From assembly GCF_009914755.1 (NCBI RefSeq), contig NC_060932.1: a stretch of 64,000 nucleotides of DNA, one strand, 5' to 3'. Of the stretch, positions 58,320 through 64,000 are shown in pieces. The translations under genes were made by a program, and so were the position numbers. Within the stretch, counting starts at the first letter, position 1. Each line of letters opens with the position of its first letter. The notes under the pieces were generated by a model, which was not told where the DNA came from, searched no databases, and saw only the letters and a list, made by a program, of their open reading frames with translations. Source of the stretch: the human T2T-CHM13v2.0 reference genome, Homo sapiens.

Positions 58320-58860
58320 AGATATTATTGGTTGCCAAGAGGTGTATCAGTACCTACACGTACTTCTTGTTGGCAGAACCCCATTTTCGTTTGGATAGTC
58401 AGCCTCCCCTGTGCTCAAGGAAGATGACTACTTCCTAGCCCCAGGAGAGGAATATCAATTATGATACTTTCATTCCCCTCATTGCTATTAGTATGAACAT
58501 GGATATGTTATATAATCTAACAAATAAGATCTGAAACTACAGCAGGCCTCTGAGGACATTTTTCTCAGTCTTTAGAAGGGACACAGATGAGGACTTGCTT
58601 CTCCCTGCTTTTGGTTCTTCTCTTATGAGGATATAATTCATGTTTGGAGCTGTGGCAGTCGTACTGTGACCATGAGGAAAATTACCATCCTCACACCAAG
58701 GATGGCAGAACAAGACAATGGAAGGCCCCTATGTGCCTCAGCACATGATTACATTAAAGGACTCCCCTCCCCCCATGGAAGGTAAAATAATTAACTTTTT
58801 ATGATTAAGCCACTCTTAGTTGGGTATTCTATAATAAGCAGCTAAAATGATCCTCTGAAC
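58320..58860 (+). mobile_element. MLT1K-like LTR
   Basis: ggagctgtggcagtcgtactgtgaccatgagg...gatggcagaacaag...ttaagccactcttagttgggtattct. Confidence 0.75.
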
Positions 58861-59229
58861 CCATCAACCCTGCTTCCCTCCCTCCAGTAACCTCCATATT
58901 TCTTTCCTGCCCTGACCAGTTGGGTAGCAGCAGAGAAATGAAAGAAGGATGGAATGCTGGGTGGTTGTCAGGGGCAAAAGAGGAACTTGTAAAAGAGAAA
59001 AGAGCAAAAATCCATGTAATGTTAAAATTGAACATGTAGTATACTATGTGAAAAAATTGTAAGGAATACAAGACTTCATCGAAAGGAAATTAGGGTGCCA
59101 TTCAGAACAAACAAGACACATGGTGGAATACAATGGACCTGAAGGTCCGGCAAGGACATAGGAAAAGAGAACTTTGCACCATCAGCAACCACCATGCGCA
59201 TCCCTGACCCACTGGGGGACACAGCTAGG

Positions 59230-59864
59230 TGTAAGGAGCATGGTGGTTTGGCAAGGCAGGCTTCCAGGTTAAACCAAGGTAGGAGATCAGCAGGACTTGC
59301 TTTCCTAGCACCAGTCACAAGACCCCGCTGAACAAATCAGGAGCTGATTAAGACTCAATGCAGCAAAGAAACTGGCCAAAATCAGCTAAAACCAACATGG
59401 TGACAAGAGCAGCCTCTAGTTGCCCTCATTGCTCATTATACACTAATTATAATACATTAGCATGTTAAAAGACACTCCCATCAGCACCAAGACAGTTTAC
59501 AAATGCCATGGCAACCCCCAGAAGTTACCTTATATGGCTTAAAAGGGGAGGAGCCCTTTGTTCTGGTGACTCCCTGCCCCTTTTCCAAAAAAATTTATAA
59601 ATGACCTGCTCCTAATTTAGCATATAATCAGAGAATAGCCTACATACAGCTAGCCAGCAATCCATGAGGCAGGGGCTTCTGCCACTGCTGCCACTCCTAC
59701 TGCTACTACAACTCCTCTGTCTACAGAGCGCTCATGTTCCTGTACTCTGTTGCTCTAATAAACTTGCTTTCACTTTGCTCTGTTGTCTTCCTCATAAATT
59801 TTTTTTTCCTGCCTGAAGCCAAGAACCCTCCAGGCTGTCACAATTTTGGGGTTCATCTGCAGCA
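59230..59864 (+). mobile_element. MER41-family solo LTR
   Basis: gctcattatacactaattataatacattagcatg...gacagtttacaaatgccatggcaac...aataaacttgctttcacttt...ccaagaaccctc. Confidence 0.85.
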
Positions 59865-60162
59865 CCACTAGCCACAAACAACACAAAGAGTTGAACTAGG
59901 GCTTTCTCAGAGTGACAGCCTTCAAGAGCAGCCTGGAACTAAACTGTGTTTGGCCTCTAATTTGTCTATTTCTCACCCATTGGAGTAAAATTGATGTGGG
60001 TTTGGAAGTTGTTTGTGGAACCAGTCTAGTTCACAGGGCTTAGAGTGACCCCTCAAATGTTTACTTCTCTTAGTAACAGTGGCTGTCACCCTGTTGAGAA
60101 GAAATATTCCAAACCAGACATAGTTGTGGCCTCCTTAAAATTGTTCCTGAGTGTTCAGGGAC

Positions 60163-60597
60163 TGAATTAGTTTTCAGTGGCTGCATAACTAATTACCACA
60201 AACTCTGTAGCAAAAAATAACACACACTTATTATCTAACAGTTCCTGTGGGTCAGGGGTTGGGATTTCCTCAGCTGGGTCCCCTGCCTCGGGGCTCACAA
60301 AGCACCTCCTTCCCTGCTCATGTGGTTGTCTGCAGCATTCATTTCCTAGCAGCTGAAGGAGTCACAGCATCTTGCTTCTTCAAAGCTAGAAAAGAGAGGG
60401 AAAGGCTAGCAGGAGACTGCTAACGAGCCAGAGACTTACATGAAGTAATCATGGAATGAGAGCCCATCACCTTTGCCATATTCCATTGGTTAGAAGCAAA
60501 TCACAGGCCCCACCCACACACAGAAAGGGGTTTACATAAAGGCATGAACACCAGAAGGCATAGACCATGGAAGCTACCATAGAGTTTATCTGCCACA
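60163..60597 (-). mobile_element. MLT1 (F-like) LTR
   Basis: taactaattaccacaaact...catcacctttgccatattccattggttagaagcaa...tctgccaca. Confidence 0.82.
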
Positions 60598-60640
60598 AAG
60601 ACCCAACCTGATAATGCCAGTGAGTTACGATGGTTGTGTT

Positions 60641-60905
60641 AAATTAAAGCTAGATAAATGAAACGAATAAGTTCTAGTGTTCTATACCATTGTAGAATGA
60701 CCATCATTAACAATATACAGTTTCGAATAGCTAGAAGGATGTTGAATGTTCCCAACACAGAGAAATGATAAATGTTTGAGATGATAGATATGCTAATTAC
60801 CCTGATCTGATCACTATACACTGTATGTATTGAAACATCCTATGTATTCCATTAATATATACACTATCATGTGTAAAAACTAAAACTAAAATTAAATACC
60901 AAAAA
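60641..60905 (+). mobile_element. L1MA 5'-truncated 3' end
   Basis: gaataagttctagtgttctata...gctaattaccctgatctgatcactataca; TSD AT(G/A)GTTGTGTT. Confidence 0.9.
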
Positions 60906-62439
60906 ATAGTTGTGTTTTGAGGTCCTCCCAGAACATAGACTGTTCTAATTCTCCCTTCAAGCTCCATTTTTTATTAGTCTAGGCAGTTGGGTATGGGAGC
61001 TGCCAGGAAGTGTCAAAATCATGCGACTGAGCAGAATCCAGAACAAAATGTGAACCCGGAGTGCAAAAAATCAAACAGGGAAATTTAAATGGTTCGCTAA
61101 AATGGGCTTAAACAAAGTGTGAAAAAGAAGCTGCAACCCTTTGAGATCAATGTGAAGTAGCTTTGCAAATAAATAAATAGGAAAGACATCATGGATACTA
61201 GGGTCCAAGTTTTAGGTCCAGTGTCCCCTGCACGTTGAAAGTTTTCACTGCGTATACTGGAAAAATATTGCAGTATTTTATTAAAGAATATAAAAAGCAA
61301 CAATAATGAGTAATAAGTAACTGATCAGGTTATTATGCTTAATTGGTCTTATCTGTAGGTTAACATCTGTTTGAAAGATCTTAGAAGATCGGGTCTTGAC
61401 ATGAGATCCTAGGAATGAAGAATGAAATCCAGGCTAAGTATCAGGAGTGGGGTTCATAGCCCTATAGCAGCACTAGACATTGGGAGGGAGTGGCAGCTTA
61501 AGAAGAGACACTTACAAAAGTATCTTACTTAGAAAACAGATGCTTACAAAAGCCATGCCACACTAGACAGCATGGGAGAGGAGAGAGATCAGTGGAGCCC
61601 AAGGCAATCGGAACAACTGCAGTTTTTTTAAAAATCAATGGTTAATGAAACAAGGGTAAAAAGCCAGTGTTCCCCAGCAACATCTTCTTCCCGTTACCGG
61701 AGAGCACCTCCACCTAAAAGAACAAGGTAATGTTGAATCCTCATCTAAGGTCACTGCTGTCCTTGAGGAAGAATTCAAACAGCACATTCACCTTTTACTC
61801 CAACTTTGAGGAGGGCAATGCAAAGATCTTTTCCTTTAGGCCATAACTGGACATTTATAGAATTACAGCAAAGAGCATAAAATGGTGTTTTGTGCCATAC
61901 TTTCTTTGGAGTCTTAACTCTTTGGATTATCTCTCTCTCAATGTATTCATCTAGGGATGTTCAGATAAGCCAGAGGCTGCACCTGCTGGGTTGATGTTTT
62001 CTACAATCAGTAGCATGCTTCTGTTGGCTCTAGCCTAGGTTGTAGGGGGAAAATATTCTCTCTTTAGTATCATTTATTTAGGCTTGAATTTATTTCCCTG
62101 TGGCAAGACAAAACAGGCTGTGGATCTAGGGAAAATGGACAAGGAGTCTCCTCAGCCTCCCTCTGGTAAAGGTCTTAGGCCACAGACCCAAAATAAGCTT
62201 CTGAATTTCATGAGTGATTCAACCCAACTTTTCAGCCGTAAGAGAGTCCAGATTCAAAATTTATCAGTGCCCATTTTCTCTGTGTCTGTCCTCCTTATGA
62301 AACTGACTCAATAGTAGAAGCCAAATCAACGATCTTAGGATGAAAGAGACATCCTATCACTCATTTAGCAGCACTGTTTTCCAAGCCCTCCCCTGTTCTC
62401 CCAAACACATAGTAGAATCACATTCCATCACATAAATTT

Positions 62440-62705
62440 AAAATGTGAGGCTCGGTTCTACTAGAAACCTTAAGAGTCTATGCATGAGATGTCATCCTCT
62501 TTTCTCTGGGGCTTGTGAAGCATTATTCAAGAAGATGGCTGCTCTGTCATCCTGACAGGCTGCAGGGAACAGGGCCCAGCTGACCTGCAATGGGCATACC
62601 AGCATTAACAAGAAACAAGCCTTTGTTGTTTTATGCCATTGAACTTTTTGTTGTTGTTATTTGCTTGCGTTTGGTTTTCACAGCATAACCTAGTTTATCC
62701 CGACA
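62440..62705 (+). mobile_element. MLT1 (I/J-like) LTR fragment
   Basis: agcattaacaagaaacaagcctttgttgttttatgcca...cacagcataacctag. Confidence 0.7.
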
Positions 62706-62987
62706 GTTGCAGACCCCACTGCCTGTGGTCTCTAAGGCTGTATAGACAGAGGCAGAATCTTCACAAGAACTGTGACCCCAGCTTCAATGTTCTCTCTGAA
62801 ACTGGAACACTCTAAGATTTCACCCCATAAAAAAATAGGCTGTTGGGTAGTTTGTTGAGCATTGCAGGCTTCTATGAGTAATACCAAAGTGGCTAGGATG
62901 AAAAGTTTACCCTTATTTATAGATTGCTTACAAGAAAATTCCCCCAGGTCTTCATTTTCAAGCTAATATATGGAAAAATGCCTATTT

Positions 62988-63060
62988 AGGGGGGAAAGGG
63001 GAGGGAGAAAGGGGAGGGCAGAGAGAGGGGAGGGCAGAGAGAAGGGAGGAAGAAAAGAGA
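62988..63060 (+). repeat. G/A-rich purine tract
   Basis: ggggggaaaggggagggagaaaggggaggg... Confidence 0.85.
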
Positions 63061-64000
63061 CAGTGCTTTGGCAGAGGTAATTTTTCATAGGTTATATATT
63101 ATATGCTGGGTATCAGGCAAAGCTTTGCTGATGTCATAGAATAGTCAGCCAGAAGACTTGTTATGAAATTTGTATTAGAGAGTTGTCTAATCGGGTCATA
63201 TTTACCTCTCTGAGGCAGTAAAATATAAGGATTTTTGGAATATATAATGAAAGTGCTTCACAAAACAATACGAAGATACCCTTTATGCTGCCATTAAATT
63301 AAATGAAGGGTGAGAATGAACTATAAGGAAAAAAAAGAACACTCATAAAAAGAGCTGGAAATAATATCGAGATGATAACACTTAAATAGCAATATTACCC
63401 AAAAGAGACTTTTAAATTGAAAGTAAGTAATGACAAGATAAAATTTTCTTCTTCTGAGTAGAAATGGGAACCCATAAAGGAAATTAAAAAGAAAGGAAAA
63501 TGGAGTTTCAGTTTTGTGTGAGTTTGATTTGTGACAGTTCAATTTATATTTGACACAGAAAAAATAAAGGTACTATAAGAAATAAAATAATTATACCAAA
63601 TAACTTATGTAGTAGCTAGGCCCACATATGAAAACAAATGTTGGAGCTCTACTTCCATAGAAAGGTAGGAAGAGGTCACCTTGTTATTTGTAGAGAGTGT
63701 TGAAGCAAGAAAGATAGAACAGGAAACAGAGATCCTGACTCCACATAAAGTACAAGTTTTTCCTGGTCCAAGTCTCAGGATCACAGAAGCTCGGGTGATT
63801 AAGCTAAAACCCTGTTCATGTGTGCAAAATTCAAGACTGTCTTCCCTTGGAAATCAGAATGAATAAGATAATCTACTACAAAGTTGATAGACGGAAATCC
63901 CTCCCAATGCAGACCCCACTCTTTTTATGTTAGATGAAGGGATTGCAACGTTAGGGGAGTCTGAATCCCTCTGGAGCATTAATTCAAAGCCAGGTGGCTC

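Overview
This is primate (human-like, probably catarrhine, since it carries AluY-type and HERV-K LTR14-type elements) AT-rich non-coding DNA. Roughly half is recognisable interspersed repeats: about 11 Alus, many L1/HAL1/L2/MIR fragments, solo LTRs (LTR14B-like, MER21, MST, MLT1, MER41) and DNA transposons (full-length Tigger1, Tigger3, Tigger4, MER20, MER5A, MER33). I found no credible protein-coding gene, RNA gene or CRISPR. The supplied ORFs are repeat-derived or chance; one is a Tigger1 transposase remnant. The most notable observations are: (1) a 5'-inverted Alu with twin-priming hallmarks; (2) three separate 70-120 bp direct copies pasted 0.8-1.2 kb from their source, which look like local templated insertions; (3) a chain of minus-strand exon-like segments plus a motif-dense, repeat-free promoter/enhancer-like region near 57.5 kb, suggesting a spliced lncRNA or 5'UTR; (4) a consensus NRF2/sMAF ARE inside a MER5A copy. 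Family names come from recalled consensus sequences, not a database search, and boundaries of old repeats are approximate. I see no evidence for a new protein-based system.
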